NCBI GenBank assembly: GCA_040218615.1
Contig: JAVJRC010000004.1
Location: 77,659-141,658 of the forward strand
DNA: 64,000 bases
From: Gammaproteobacteria bacterium
Lineage (GTDB): Bacteria > Pseudomonadota > Gammaproteobacteria > Pseudomonadales > Pseudohongiellaceae
Direction of reading: 5' to 3'
Shown here: one piece after another, positions 30,049 through 39,738 of the stretch
Layout: the number at the start of each line of letters is the position of its first letter
How positions within the stretch are numbered: position 1 is the first letter of the stretch
Program-made: the position numbers and the translations under genes
Notes under the pieces: model-generated
Databases searched by the model: none
Told to the model about the DNA's origin: nothing
Seen by the model: the letters and a program-made list of their open reading frames with translations, nothing else

Positions 30049-30233
30049 GGATGAGAGTCAGAGAGTGTAGTTTGGGACCGTGAGCAGCAGGGATGCTGCT
30101 CTCGAGCCCCCAGGGGTGAGACCGAGCGTTTTGCGAGCGAAGCTCGCAGCGACAGGCGAACGACGCCGATCTGCGATCGGCGGCTGGGCCGGGTTTACGG
30201 CGTGTCCCACACTACACTCTCTGACTCTCATCC
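30049..30233 (+). repeat. Structured palindromic element, long form, copy 3
   Basis: 30 bp inverted arms (30049-30078 / 30204-30233) with one mismatch. The core is near-identical to the reverse complement of 5318-5443. Confidence 0.85.
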
Positions 30234-30434
30234 AATCGGGCACTATGTTCTGAATCGGGTTGCCATCACCAACATGACTGCCAACTTTACAATATCCGGC
30301 AGGACAGCGATCATCCGCTGCTTGCCCATACTGGAATTCCTCCTGATTCAACCAAGCCGTAACCAAACCCCATGTGTAAAAGGTCTCTGCCAAAGGCGCA
30401 TTCCTTTTATTTTTCATAGAGTTAGCACAACATC

Positions 30435-32078
30435 ATGACATCTTCAGGCGCTGCCGCAGGCAGCGCAAGCGACATCCTCATTATTGGCAGTGGCGCAGCA
30501 GGTCTGACCCTGGCCCTGCGTTGTGCTGATTTTGCCAAGGTCACGGTGCTCAGCAAGGGCAACCTGGAGGAAGGTGCAACCTACTACGCCCAGGGGGGCA
30601 TCGCCGCGGTTCTGGATGATGAGGACAGCATCGATTCCCACGTTGCCGACACGCTTACTGCAGGCGTAGGGCTCTGCCACCGGGATGTCGTCGAACACAT
30701 GGTCAGCCAGAGCGCCGGCGTTGTTTCCTGGCTGGTGGATCAGGGCGTGCCGTTCACCACCAAATCCGGAAATCGTGCTGCTGGCGGTCCCAGCCAAGCC
30801 ATCGACGCAGAGACGCTCAGTTCCCTGCATTTGACCCAGGAAGGTGGCCACAGTCACCGCCGTATCATCCATGCCACCGATGCTACGGGCAAGGCAGTGT
30901 TCGAAACCCTGCACAGACGCGCTGAGGAGCACCCTAACATCCGGTTGCTCGCCGGGTGTACCGCTGTGGATTTAGTGACACAAAGGCCTGACAACGGCTC
31001 TGAGCCCGTCTGCGTGGGCTTGTATGCCCTGAATCAGCAAACCAACAAGGTGGAAGCCCTGCGGGCACGCTTTGTGGTGCTGGCCACTGGCGGTGCCAGC
31101 AAGGCCTATCTTTATACCTCCAATCCCGACGGCGCCAGCGGTGATGGCATCGCCATGGCATGGAGGGCGGGTTGCCGGGTCGCCAACATGGAATTCAATC
31201 AATTCCATCCAACCTGCCTGTTCCACCCACACGCCAAGTCATTTCTCATCAGCGAGGCCTTGCGCGGTGAAGGGGCAACCCTGGAGCTGCCCGATGGCGA
31301 GCGATTCATGGGCCGGTTTGATCAACGGGAAGAACTCGCGCCGCGCGATATTGTGGCCAGGGCCATTGACCATGAAATGAAGCGCCTGGGTTGTGACTGC
31401 GTATTCCTGAATATCAGCCATAAACCTTCTGCATTTGTTCGCGAACACTTTCCTACAATCTACGATCGCTGTCTGAAGTTTGGCATCGATATCACCCAGG
31501 ACCGCATCCCGGTTGTGCCCGCCGCTCACTATACCTGTGGCGGTGTGGTCATCGGTCGTGATGGCGAAACCGATATCAAAAACCTGTTCGCCGTGGGCGA
31601 AACCAGCTTCAGCGGCCTCCATGGTGCCAACCGCATGGCCAGCAACTCCTTGCTGGAATGTTTTGTGGTTGCTTTCGGTGCCGCTGAGCGCATCCGGGAA
31701 AACATGACGCAAACCGAGCTGGTGGAAACCATCGCCCAGTGGGATGAAAGCCGGGTTACCGACTCGGATGATGAAGTCCTGGTATCACACGACTGGGATG
31801 AAATTCGCCGCTTCATGTGGGATTTCGTCGGCATCGTACGGACCACGCGGCGCCTGGAGCGAGCCCATAGCCGCATTCAGTTGATTCGCGAAGAAGTGCG
31901 TGACTATTACATCAAACACCGGGTCACCAACGACAACCTGGAACTGCGTAATCTGGCGCTGGTTTCTGAACTGATCATCCGTTGTGCCTTGCAGAGAAAA
32001 GAAAGTCGCGGCCTGCATTACACACTGGACTACCCGGAACTGAGCGATCCACCTGTCGATACGATTCTCAGCCCCTAG
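30435..32078 (+). CDS. nadB: L-aspartate oxidase
   Basis: 547 aa flavoprotein ([11 protein letters not shown], succinate dehydrogenase/fumarate reductase-like). Divergent from rpoE, as in E. coli and Pseudomonas. Confidence 0.94.
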   Translation: MTSSGAAAGSASDILIIGSGAAGLTLALRCADFAKVTVLSKGNLEEGATYYAQGGIAAVLDDEDSIDSHVADTLTAGVGLCHRDVVEHMVSQSAGVVSWLVDQGVPFTTKSGNRAAGGPSQAIDAETLSSLHLTQEGGHSHRRIIHATDATGKAVFETLHRRAEEHPNIRLLAGCTAVDLVTQRPDNGSEPVCVGLYALNQQTNKVEALRARFVVLATGGASKAYLYTSNPDGASGDGIAMAWRAGCRVANMEFNQFHPTCLFHPHAKSFLISEALRGEGATLELPDGERFMGRFDQREELAPRDIVARAIDHEMKRLGCDCVFLNISHKPSAFVREHFPTIYDRCLKFGIDITQDRIPVVPAAHYTCGGVVIGRDGETDIKNLFAVGETSFSGLHGANRMASNSLLECFVVAFGAAERIRENMTQTELVETIAQWDESRVTDSDDEVLVSHDWDEIRRFMWDFVGIVRTTRRLERAHSRIQLIREEVRDYYIKHRVTNDNLELRNLALVSELIIRCALQRKESRGLHYTLDYPELSDPPVDTILSP

Positions 32079-32497
32079 CGCTGAAATCGCAGATAGCGCT
32101 GCAGGCGACAATAGTCGCTTCGGGAAAGCGTGTCGGGGAGCAGCAGAATTTTCCGGGAAGACTTTGCTGGCAGCTTTCCGAACAAGGGCTGCTCCACAAA
32201 TTCCAACACGGTCAGATACTCACTGAGAAACAACAATCGGGGCAAATCACAGCGCAATGTGTCGCCTTCGGTTTCCACCAAGGCCAACTGTTGCGACAGC
32301 CGAATCCTGGTTATCCGCTCGTATGAATGCGGCCCGTACTCCCTGACAACTCGCAAGGCACTCCTGGAAACAGCAAGCAGCAACAACGCAATCAATTCTC
32401 CGGGCAACTGCAGGCACAGACTGGCCACTGCCGCTAACAGATGCAGCAAGGCCAGAAGGCCCAGGGTCATGGGCGAAAAACAAATATCGACAGACAT
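32075..32497 (-). CDS. ygfX: YgfX/CptA-family inner membrane protein
   Basis: 140 aa with two N-terminal TM helices. Immediately downstream of sdhE, the conserved sdhE-ygfX pair. Confidence 0.7.
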   Translation of the reverse strand: MSVDICFSPMTLGLLALLHLLAAVASLCLQLPGELIALLLLAVSRSALRVVREYGPHSYERITRIRLSQQLALVETEGDTLRCDLPRLLFLSEYLTVLEFVEQPLFGKLPAKSSRKILLLPDTLSRSDYCRLQRYLRFQR

Positions 32498-32555
32498 GAG
32501 GCCCAGCTACCAGAATCAATTTCACTGGTACTTCCTCTGCCGTTCAATCTCTAGT

Positions 32556-32810
32556 CTAGTTGCGGGATGAGTTGTGCGCGAGAATCTTCGCGATTAGAGG
32601 CTTGAATGCCGGATTACCCGGTTCGACCCGTTCCAGCAAATAACTGAAAAGATCCTGGTCTTCCTCGGCCAGAAACTCCTGATATAACATTTGTTCTTGG
32701 TGCGGCAGTGTGGCAAACACTTCCGTTGCGAATGGTACCAGCAACAAATCCAGTTCCAGCATACCGCGGCGGCTGTGCCAGAAAATTTTATGGGGGTTAA
32801 GTTCGGACAT
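32556..32810 (-). CDS. sdhE: FAD assembly factor SdhE (YgfY/CptB)
   Basis: 84 aa, WHSRRGMLELDLLL is the SdhE RGxxE motif. Confidence 0.9.
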   Translation of the reverse strand: MSELNPHKIFWHSRRGMLELDLLLVPFATEVFATLPHQEQMLYQEFLAEEDQDLFSYLLERVEPGNPAFKPLIAKILAHNSSRN

Positions 32811-33100
32811 GATTGGCTTGAGAGCTTACGGGTGAATTGCGTATAAATCCAATAAAGAGGTAGTGGCTCAACCAGAAAGTTGCGCTGAGCTACGAGGCTG
32901 GGAGTCCGGGCACAGTTTTACAATAAATCTAGAGCCACTATCCATCAGTCTACTTGCCCCTGTAGCTTTAACCTGTATCCTTCCATTTGCTTGATCATGG
33001 GGACTCAAGCTGGCAACACACTCGGAATCCAGCCCCTTGTTATTGCCGTTGTCACCCCCAAGTATTTCAGACAAACACAACCAATGTTCGTAACCAGTCC

Positions 33101-34036
33101 ATGAATCCAGTTTTACTGTCAGACAAGAACTCCCACGATTACGTAAAAATTTCCGGTCCGGATTCCCGCAGCTTTTTGCAGGGACAGCTCACCTGCAACC
33201 TGGACCACCTCAGCAGTGAGCGCAGCCTGCGAGGTGCCCTGTGTAATCTGAAAGGCCGGGTGGTGGCAGATTTCCGACTGCTGCAGACGGAGCAGGAAGT
33301 GATCATGCTGCAATGCAGTTCGGGTATCGGGGAGAAAATTATCGACATCCTGTCCCGTTATGCGGTGTTTTCCAAAGTCGAGCTTGCCGTGGCCGAAGGC
33401 CCGGCTGCTGTGTGCGGGCTGATCGGCAGCACCCTGCCATCTGACCTGCAGGACCTGCTGCCTGCGTTGCCAGATAAAGTCGACGAGGTCAGCAGCAACG
33501 AATCCGCACTGATCGTGCGCGAACCGGGCACAAGTCCCCGCTATCAAATCTGGTGTCACCAGCGAGAGGTTGGCACTGCCTTGCAAAGTGAGGGATCAGG
33601 CGATGAAGCGGATTGGCTGCGTGGAGAAATACTGGCGGGGGTCGTGCATGTCACCACCGTGACCAGCGAAGTGTATACACCACAACTGCTCAACTACGAT
33701 ATTTCCGGTGCCGTTGATTTCAAGAAGGGCTGTTACACTGGCCAGGAAGTGGTGGCGCGGATGCATTACCGGGCGAAAGCCAAGAAGCGTTTGTATCGGT
33801 TGCAGTCAGCACAGGCACTTGCAGGGGATTCGATGATCGCAACACAGCAGGAGCCCGAGGTGCCCGTGGTGGAATTGCTGCTGGTGGCTCCAGCTAATGG
33901 GGATGAAGAACGCAATCTCGGATTGGGTATCGTCAGTACCGAATTGGCAGAATCTGCCAATCCCTTGATCTTGAACGGGAATCCAGAGCAGGTGGTGGAA
34001 GTGGTGCCGCTGGAATATTGCAGCGAAGCGCCCTAG
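33101..34036 (+). CDS. ygfZ: Folate-binding tRNA-modification protein YgfZ
   Basis: GcvT-like fold with C-terminal KGCYTGQEVVARMHYR motif. Divergent from sdhE. ATG at 33101. Confidence 0.88.
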   Translation: MNPVLLSDKNSHDYVKISGPDSRSFLQGQLTCNLDHLSSERSLRGALCNLKGRVVADFRLLQTEQEVIMLQCSSGIGEKIIDILSRYAVFSKVELAVAEGPAAVCGLIGSTLPSDLQDLLPALPDKVDEVSSNESALIVREPGTSPRYQIWCHQREVGTALQSEGSGDEADWLRGEILAGVVHVTTVTSEVYTPQLLNYDISGAVDFKKGCYTGQEVVARMHYRAKAKKRLYRLQSAQALAGDSMIATQQEPEVPVVELLLVAPANGDEERNLGLGIVSTELAESANPLILNGNPEQVVEVVPLEYCSEAP

Positions 34037-34082
34037 CCTGTTGCGGTCAGAATCCTTTCCCGTCTGCGCCCGGGTGATGCAG

Positions 34083-34454
34083 CTAGGGGCGATTACTCCA
34101 GGTGAATGAGGCCCAAAGACTTTCCATCATGTGCTGATCGAGGTTTTCCAGCATCTGGATGATGTCGATATGCTTGGTGATGTCATCGTCGCTCAGTTCC
34201 TCTCGCTCGAGAATGCGCTTGTTCAGCCAGATGGCATCCTTGACGCTGATGAAATAAAGCAGCGCTTCGGGATCTGAGTTGATGCGGCGGGTTTGCAGGG
34301 ATTCGACACCGTATCGCTTGATACAGTCGAGACAGGCCTGACGGTCTTGATTACCCACCGCAAATTCGACGGGCACCTGACTCTCTGCCACCAGGGACAC
34401 TGGTTTGGAGTCTGCAGCTTCCCGATACTGGTTTAGCTGAACAACATCACCCAT
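34083..34454 (-). CDS. Hypothetical protein (no family recognised)
   Basis: Open frame 34083-34508 with a GTG at 34508 and an internal ATG at 34454. Neither start has a clear RBS and no motifs were recognised. Confidence 0.4.
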   Translation of the reverse strand: MGDVVQLNQYREAADSKPVSLVAESQVPVEFAVGNQDRQACLDCIKRYGVESLQTRRINSDPEALLYFISVKDAIWLNKRILEREELSDDDITKHIDIIQMLENLDQHMMESLWASFTWSNRP

Positions 34455-34812
34455 AGGACTTTCTAGCCTGATGCTAGCCTCTTGCGAGATACGAGCGCCG
34501 GATCCCACAAAATTTGCAGTGAATCGACGTACAGGTATTGTTGCTACACTGGGTTGCTGTGGTCAACTTATTGATTTTAAATAGAAAAAAATTTGTAAAA
34601 TTGCATCCTCCAATAACTAATAACTAAAAAAACGCGCAATGTTTCAGATTTGAAATCCCCCGAAGTTGAAGATTTCAGTACCGGAATGCTGCTATTTCTC
34701 ATCAGGGTTTCCAGCAGCAATAATTACTCATGAATTTTCAGCGAAATTCACCAAAATGGTGCAAATAGCAATTGTGGATTGTCGGCTAGATTAGGCTTTT
34801 AAAATGGGAAGC

Positions 34813-34844
34813 TGGCGCCCCCGGGCCGATTTGAACGGCCGACC
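34813..34844 (-). pseudogene. tRNA 3'-end fragment (T-arm, acceptor 3' strand and CCA only)
   Basis: A 26 nt stretch (34819-34844) is identical to 34930-34955 of the adjacent tRNA-Arg. No complementary 5' acceptor strand lies upstream. Confidence 0.65.
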
Positions 34845-34923
34845 AGCTCCCCCTGACAGTAGCTCTGTCTTTGGGGGATGGCGGCGCTTGGAATGGTGCT
34901 CTTGCTGGCACCAGTAGGAACCT

Positions 34924-35000
34924 TGGTGTCCCCGGGCCGATTTGAACGGCCGACCTAGCGCTTAGGAGGCGCTTGCTCTATCCAGCTGAGCTACGGGGAC
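34924..35000 (-). tRNA. tRNA-Arg (anticodon CCU)
   Basis: The minus strand reads GTCCCCGTAGCTCAGCTGGATAGAGCAAGCGCCTCCTAAGCGCTAGGTCGGCCGTTCAAATCGGCCCGGGGACACCA. Cloverleaf with 7 bp acceptor stem, CT-CCT-AA anticodon loop, TTCAAAT T-loop and encoded CCA. Confidence 0.93.
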
Positions 35001-35076
35001 ACGGGGCGCAAGTATATACTGTGGTCACTTTCACGACGAGAACCTGCCCTGCCCAGTCTTGTGCCCGGACAAAATC

Positions 35077-35781
35077 ATGCTCAGCGTTGTATTGCCCACC
35101 TTTAATGAAAGCCGTTGTGACTGTCTGCAGGAGATCCTGCGCAATCTTCAACAGCTCGTTCAGGACAGCGACGCCCAGGTAATTATTGTGGACGGCAGCA
35201 GCACTGATTCCACCCTGGACCAGATTGCCCAACATCAATTTGAGCCACTGACCGAAGCTGGCTCTTCGCGGGCTGCCCGACTCAATCGCGGTCTCGAGGC
35301 AAGCACGGGTGAGCTGGTGTTACTGCATCACCCACGCAGTGTTGTGGAGCTGCCAACCCTGCTCAGCCTGGAATCCATGGCCGCCAGCCACGAGGCTGAC
35401 TGGGGAAGTCTCACTCATCGGTTTGACCTGGACCACCCCCTGCTGAGATTTACTTCCTGGTACTCAAACAGGATTCGTGGCGATCTCCGTGGCATTTTCT
35501 ATCTCGATCATTGTATTTTTCTGCATCGAAGATTGATCGATCAGGGTATTCGGGTCCCGGAAGTGCCCATCTTTGAAGACACCAGGTTGTCACGGTTGTT
35601 ACGTAAACATGCAAAGCCGGTGCGCCTGCAGCAGCCATCGACGACTTCCGCGATTCGTTTTCAGCGTAATGGCATTTATCGCCAGGCTTTGCTGAACCAG
35701 CTGGTTAAAGTTGCGCACATGCTGAGAGTGCCGACACAAACAATTAATCGACTGTATGAGAAAGGCTTAAACCTGAATTGA
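35077..35781 (+). CDS. Family 2 glycosyltransferase of the rSAM/arsenosugar-associated type
   Basis: MLSVVLPTFNES...VIIVDGSSTDST N-terminus, then FEDTRLSRLL and TSAIRFQRNG in the C-terminal half. From memory this resembles the TIGR04283 family. Convergent with arsS. Confidence 0.65.
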   Translation: MLSVVLPTFNESRCDCLQEILRNLQQLVQDSDAQVIIVDGSSTDSTLDQIAQHQFEPLTEAGSSRAARLNRGLEASTGELVLLHHPRSVVELPTLLSLESMAASHEADWGSLTHRFDLDHPLLRFTSWYSNRIRGDLRGIFYLDHCIFLHRRLIDQGIRVPEVPIFEDTRLSRLLRKHAKPVRLQQPSTTSAIRFQRNGIYRQALLNQLVKVAHMLRVPTQTINRLYEKGLNLN

Positions 35782-35803
35782 CGAACGAAACGCGGAGCGA
35801 AGG

Positions 35804-36772
35804 CTAGGACGAACAGCTACCGCCACCCAGTACGCAAAATTTTGCACAGTGAGGGTGATTCAGTTTTACGCTTTGCCATGATTGCTTGAGCGAGGTTCCC
35901 AAGTTAAAGCGCTGGTCATAGGGCAGCAAGGTACAGGCTTGCACCGACAGATGGTCGTCACCCTTGTGCTTAACCACCATGCGCGAGCTTGCACACATGA
36001 TATCGGCTGGATCTACCTTGAGAATCCCCCAGCAAGCCGTGGTGATTTCTGGCACATCCACCGAGTCATCCATCTCGGGGAAGAGCACCAACTCCTCCGG
36101 ATTGTTTGCATCCAGGCTGATATTTTCCCGGGCAAACATGTCCCCGTAACCGGTGCGCATACTGGCCTCGTCTTCTTCCCACATGGTGCGCCCGGCTACC
36201 GCAAAATCGATATCGGATCCACTCAACCACTGTAGTGATTCAATGGCGGGCTTCCAGGATCGCTTGCCACGCTCCAGTGCATGGGTTTCTTCAAGGTAGT
36301 GATCCAGTGAAATACGCAATCGCAGCAGACCGGGAAAGGCTGCCCTCAGTCGTTCCAGTTTGTCGCGTTCGCGCAGCAGCGTCTTCATGCCATTGGTCAG
36401 TATCAGGGTTTTAAAACCACCGCGGAGACAGAGCTCGATAATGGCAACCATGTCCGGATTGAGAAATGGCTCGCCCCCGGTGAAGGCGATTTCCTCGGTA
36501 CCGAATTTCTCGGCTACGATTTCGTCGATTAACTGCTGCACTTCGTCAGCAGTAATATAGACAAGCCGGTCATTGGTAGGACTGGATTCTATATAACAGT
36601 TCTCACAGGTGAGATTACAGAGGCTGCCGGTATTGATCCAAAGAGTCTTGAGCCGGCGCGGATCTACGCTGGCACGGACTTCTCCATCCAGGGTGCGATC
36701 AGGATCGACAAACTTGCCCTGGCTGCGCGCCGAACTGTCGGTGATGTCCTGAATATTCAGTTTTTCATTCAT
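35804..36772 (-). CDS. arsS: Arsenosugar-biosynthesis-type radical SAM protein ArsS
   Basis: 322 aa with CNLTCENCY (CxxxCxxC) rSAM cluster and Cys-rich C-terminus HCAKFCVLGGGSCSS. Immediately downstream of arsM. Confidence 0.78.
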   Translation of the reverse strand: MNEKLNIQDITDSSARSQGKFVDPDRTLDGEVRASVDPRRLKTLWINTGSLCNLTCENCYIESSPTNDRLVYITADEVQQLIDEIVAEKFGTEEIAFTGGEPFLNPDMVAIIELCLRGGFKTLILTNGMKTLLRERDKLERLRAAFPGLLRLRISLDHYLEETHALERGKRSWKPAIESLQWLSGSDIDFAVAGRTMWEEDEASMRTGYGDMFARENISLDANNPEELVLFPEMDDSVDVPEITTACWGILKVDPADIMCASSRMVVKHKGDDHLSVQACTLLPYDQRFNLGTSLKQSWQSVKLNHPHCAKFCVLGGGSCSS

Positions 36773-36800
36773 GGGTAGTGCCGATTACCACTGTCGGGCT

Positions 36801-37874
36801 CTAACAGCAGGATGACGACCCTGAAGATCGATCGGCATCAGCCTGCTGCTGGTAAGGCATGTCTGTTCCACAGTCGGGAAAGATGCCGTAGTGGGTGGAA
36901 AAGTCGCCATAAAACTCAAAATATTGCTCAAAGCGAGTGTTCTGCAACATCATCAGGGTATTGCCACAGACAGGTGTGATCCTGCCTTTCTCGAACAGGT
37001 GGTGGTCATCCAGCTGGAAGAAATTCTCCTGCTCCTCTACTCCGCCCAGATACTTGATTGCCTGACCATAATCCTCACAAGCAGGTTCCAGCTCAGGCAG
37101 TTTGAAGAGCCGATAGGTGACGGAATAGAACTGATAAGCTTCCAGCCTGGCGGCCAGGGCGTCATTTTCAACACTGATACCATGGGATTCCACGATTCGT
37201 GGATCGTTGAAACCGCACTCTTTGGCCAGGTTTTGAAAATCATTCCAGTACAACGCGCCTCCAAGGCATTCGCCGTAGAGTTCCCGATCCTGGGCCAGCT
37301 CCGGCGGCAGACGGCGATTACAATACACATCGGAAAAATAGAATTCACCGCCCTCTTTCAACACCCTGAATGCTTCAGCCAATACAGCACGCTTGTCAGT
37401 GGCCAGGTTGACAACACAATTGGAAACGATGACATCGAACTGCGCGGATTCTATTCCTGCAGCACCCAGATCCTGAATATTGCCTTTCACGAACCTGACA
37501 TTGGCCTGACTGAATCCGAATTTTTCCCGATGCCACTCCACATGCCGGTTGGCAATTTCCAGTTGCTCATCGGTCATGTCAATTCCGGTAACGGAGCCTT
37601 CTTCACCCACCAGTTGCGACAGGAGATAACAATCGCGCCCGGTGCCACTGCCCAAATCCAGCACATCAAGCCCTTGTATCGAGGTTGGAATAGTCAGGCC
37701 ACAGCCGTAATAACGGGTTAGCACTTCTTCGTGGATATTGGCCAGCGCCTGCTTGATGCTTTGTGGATACTGGACTACCGTGCAGCAGACATTGGTTTTC
37801 AGATCCTCGCTACTTTGCAATTCCTTGCCATAGTAGTCACGCACCTCTGCTTCCACCTTGCTCATCTCATTCAT
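36801..37874 (-). CDS. arsM: Arsenite S-adenosylmethionine methyltransferase ArsM-like
   Basis: 357 aa with VLDLGSGTGRD SAM motif. Cysteines sit at the ArsM-typical places (NVCCT, YYGCG, SNCVVNL, GECLGG). Confidence 0.78.
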   Translation of the reverse strand: MNEMSKVEAEVRDYYGKELQSSEDLKTNVCCTVVQYPQSIKQALANIHEEVLTRYYGCGLTIPTSIQGLDVLDLGSGTGRDCYLLSQLVGEEGSVTGIDMTDEQLEIANRHVEWHREKFGFSQANVRFVKGNIQDLGAAGIESAQFDVIVSNCVVNLATDKRAVLAEAFRVLKEGGEFYFSDVYCNRRLPPELAQDRELYGECLGGALYWNDFQNLAKECGFNDPRIVESHGISVENDALAARLEAYQFYSVTYRLFKLPELEPACEDYGQAIKYLGGVEEQENFFQLDDHHLFEKGRITPVCGNTLMMLQNTRFEQYFEFYGDFSTHYGIFPDCGTDMPYQQQADADRSSGSSSCC

Positions 37875-38148
37875 TGCTGTTTCCTGTTCCTGCTCCCGCT
37901 TTCGCGCCTATGTTCTCATGCCTCGTTCCCGGGCGCACTTCAGAGGCTGCCAGGGACCCACAATTCCGAGTCTCGTCCCTCAGTAGACCCCAATACGGCA
38001 GATTTCCTTCAACGGCAATTTTCCGTGCCGGTTCCCAGACCTGCCCTACTCAACCAAGGCTACGGTTTAAGGTTATACTGGAGCAGGCAGGTACTGGCGG
38101 TTGATCCAACAACCCGCAGGATGCCAGTGGCGCTATTCCTTACTCGAT

Positions 38149-39681
38149 ATGACTGAAAACACCGAAACACTACTCGCACAGCTACAGCAAGCGAAGCAAC
38201 AGCTCGAGGCTGGAGATTCCGCTGGAGCCACCTCTCTCTACACCGAAGTCGCCCAGCAGGCAGGAGATGACCTGCTGGTCAATCTGCACCTGGCACAGCT
38301 TTGTACCGCCATGGGTAACGCCAGCGCCGCTGAATCGCATCTGCAAACAATCATTGCGCAGGAAACAGATGACCTGGAACTGCTCGTTACAGCTGCAAAA
38401 TGCCTGGGTGAAATTAACCTGCACGACAAGGGCATAAGCCTGGCAAGAAGAGCTGTTGCCATTGATCCGGAAAATCCCGACGCACTTTCAGCGCTGGGTA
38501 GCCTGCTGGTGGAAGCCGGAAAGACTGAAGAAGCCCAGGATCATCTTTTGCACATGATAGAAAAGCGCAAGAACCTGCGACTGGCATATACCAATCTGGC
38601 CCGCCTGAGAAAATTCACCTCCGAAGACAGCACCCTGATCGATCAGGCGGAAGCTGTCATTGCTGATGGCCTGCCTGCCCGGGAGCAACTGGCAGTCAAC
38701 TTTGCCCTGGGAAAGATCTACGATGATTGCCGTGAGTTCCACAAGGCATTTCCCCATTTCCAGCAAGCCAACGAACTGCAAAAAGAAGCCCATGACCACA
38801 ACAACGATTTAAACTGGTTTAAACAGATCAACACTGTTTTTACCGAAGGCACGATCGGCCGCCTTAGCGAAGGTGGCCACCAGTCCAGCCAACCGGTCTT
38901 TATCGTCGGCATGCCCCGCTCGGGCACCACACTTATGGAGCGGATAATCGCCAGTCATTCCCAGGGGGCAGGCGCTGGGGAATTGTTGGCAATGCCACGA
39001 ATTGCCCATCAAATCATGCGGGAGAATGAGGTTAGGCCAGCAGAGCGAGCACAACGGAGAATGACGCCTGATCTCATGGCAGGTTACAGCAATTACTATT
39101 TGCAAACCCTGCGACTCGGGCAGCCACCGGCACAACGTATCGTCGACAAGCTGCCAGGCAATTACCAGAACCTGGGTTTGATTCACGCACTGTTTCCCAA
39201 TGCCTCAATTGTTCATGCAGTCCGTCATCCACTGGATACCTGCCTGTCTTGCTATTTTCAGGCCTTCGCCGAAGTCCGTTGGTCCAACGACCTGAAAACC
39301 ATTGCTGACACCTATAAGCTCTACCGGGAATATATGAAGTATTGGCAAAAAGTCCTGCCTCGCGGCAAGATTCTGGAGGTTCAGTATGAGGCGCTGGTCG
39401 AAAACCCGACCGAAGAAGGGCAGCGCATGTTGAACCATTGCGGCTTGAGCTGGGAAGCAGAAAGCCTGGAATATCACCAACAACAGGCAGTGGTGAGAAC
39501 CGTAAGTCATGCCCAGGTCCGACAACCCATTTACCAAACTTCCAGAAAGCGCTGGATGAATTATGCCAAGCATATCCAGCCGCTGGTCGATGAACTCACT
39601 GAGTATCTGAAAGAAGACCAGGCAATGCTGGAAGAGAATGGCCTCAAGCTAAAAAAGAAGAAGCGATTCGGTCTTTTCTGA
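38149..39681 (+). CDS. TPR-repeat sulfotransferase family protein
   Basis: N-terminal half is TPR-like helical repeats. C-terminal half has FIVGMPRSGTTL (PAPS 5'-phosphosulfate-binding loop) and VRHPLDTCLSCY. ATG at 38149. Confidence 0.75.
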   Translation: MTENTETLLAQLQQAKQQLEAGDSAGATSLYTEVAQQAGDDLLVNLHLAQLCTAMGNASAAESHLQTIIAQETDDLELLVTAAKCLGEINLHDKGISLARRAVAIDPENPDALSALGSLLVEAGKTEEAQDHLLHMIEKRKNLRLAYTNLARLRKFTSEDSTLIDQAEAVIADGLPAREQLAVNFALGKIYDDCREFHKAFPHFQQANELQKEAHDHNNDLNWFKQINTVFTEGTIGRLSEGGHQSSQPVFIVGMPRSGTTLMERIIASHSQGAGAGELLAMPRIAHQIMRENEVRPAERAQRRMTPDLMAGYSNYYLQTLRLGQPPAQRIVDKLPGNYQNLGLIHALFPNASIVHAVRHPLDTCLSCYFQAFAEVRWSNDLKTIADTYKLYREYMKYWQKVLPRGKILEVQYEALVENPTEEGQRMLNHCGLSWEAESLEYHQQQAVVRTVSHAQVRQPIYQTSRKRWMNYAKHIQPLVDELTEYLKEDQAMLEENGLKLKKKKRFGLF

Positions 39682-39738
39682 GCTTGAAATCATTGTCTAA
39701 TCAAAGCAATCACTATCCAGAGCATTGCGAGAGCACTC

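Noticed and set aside
34813-34920. A second intact tRNA, or a tRNA-Sec-like or long-variable-arm tRNA, next to tRNA-Arg.
   Set aside because: Only the T-arm and 3' acceptor strand are present. The best 5' candidate (GCGCCGC) pairs at just 4 of 7 positions with CGGGGGC, and no anticodon stem-loop can be drawn.
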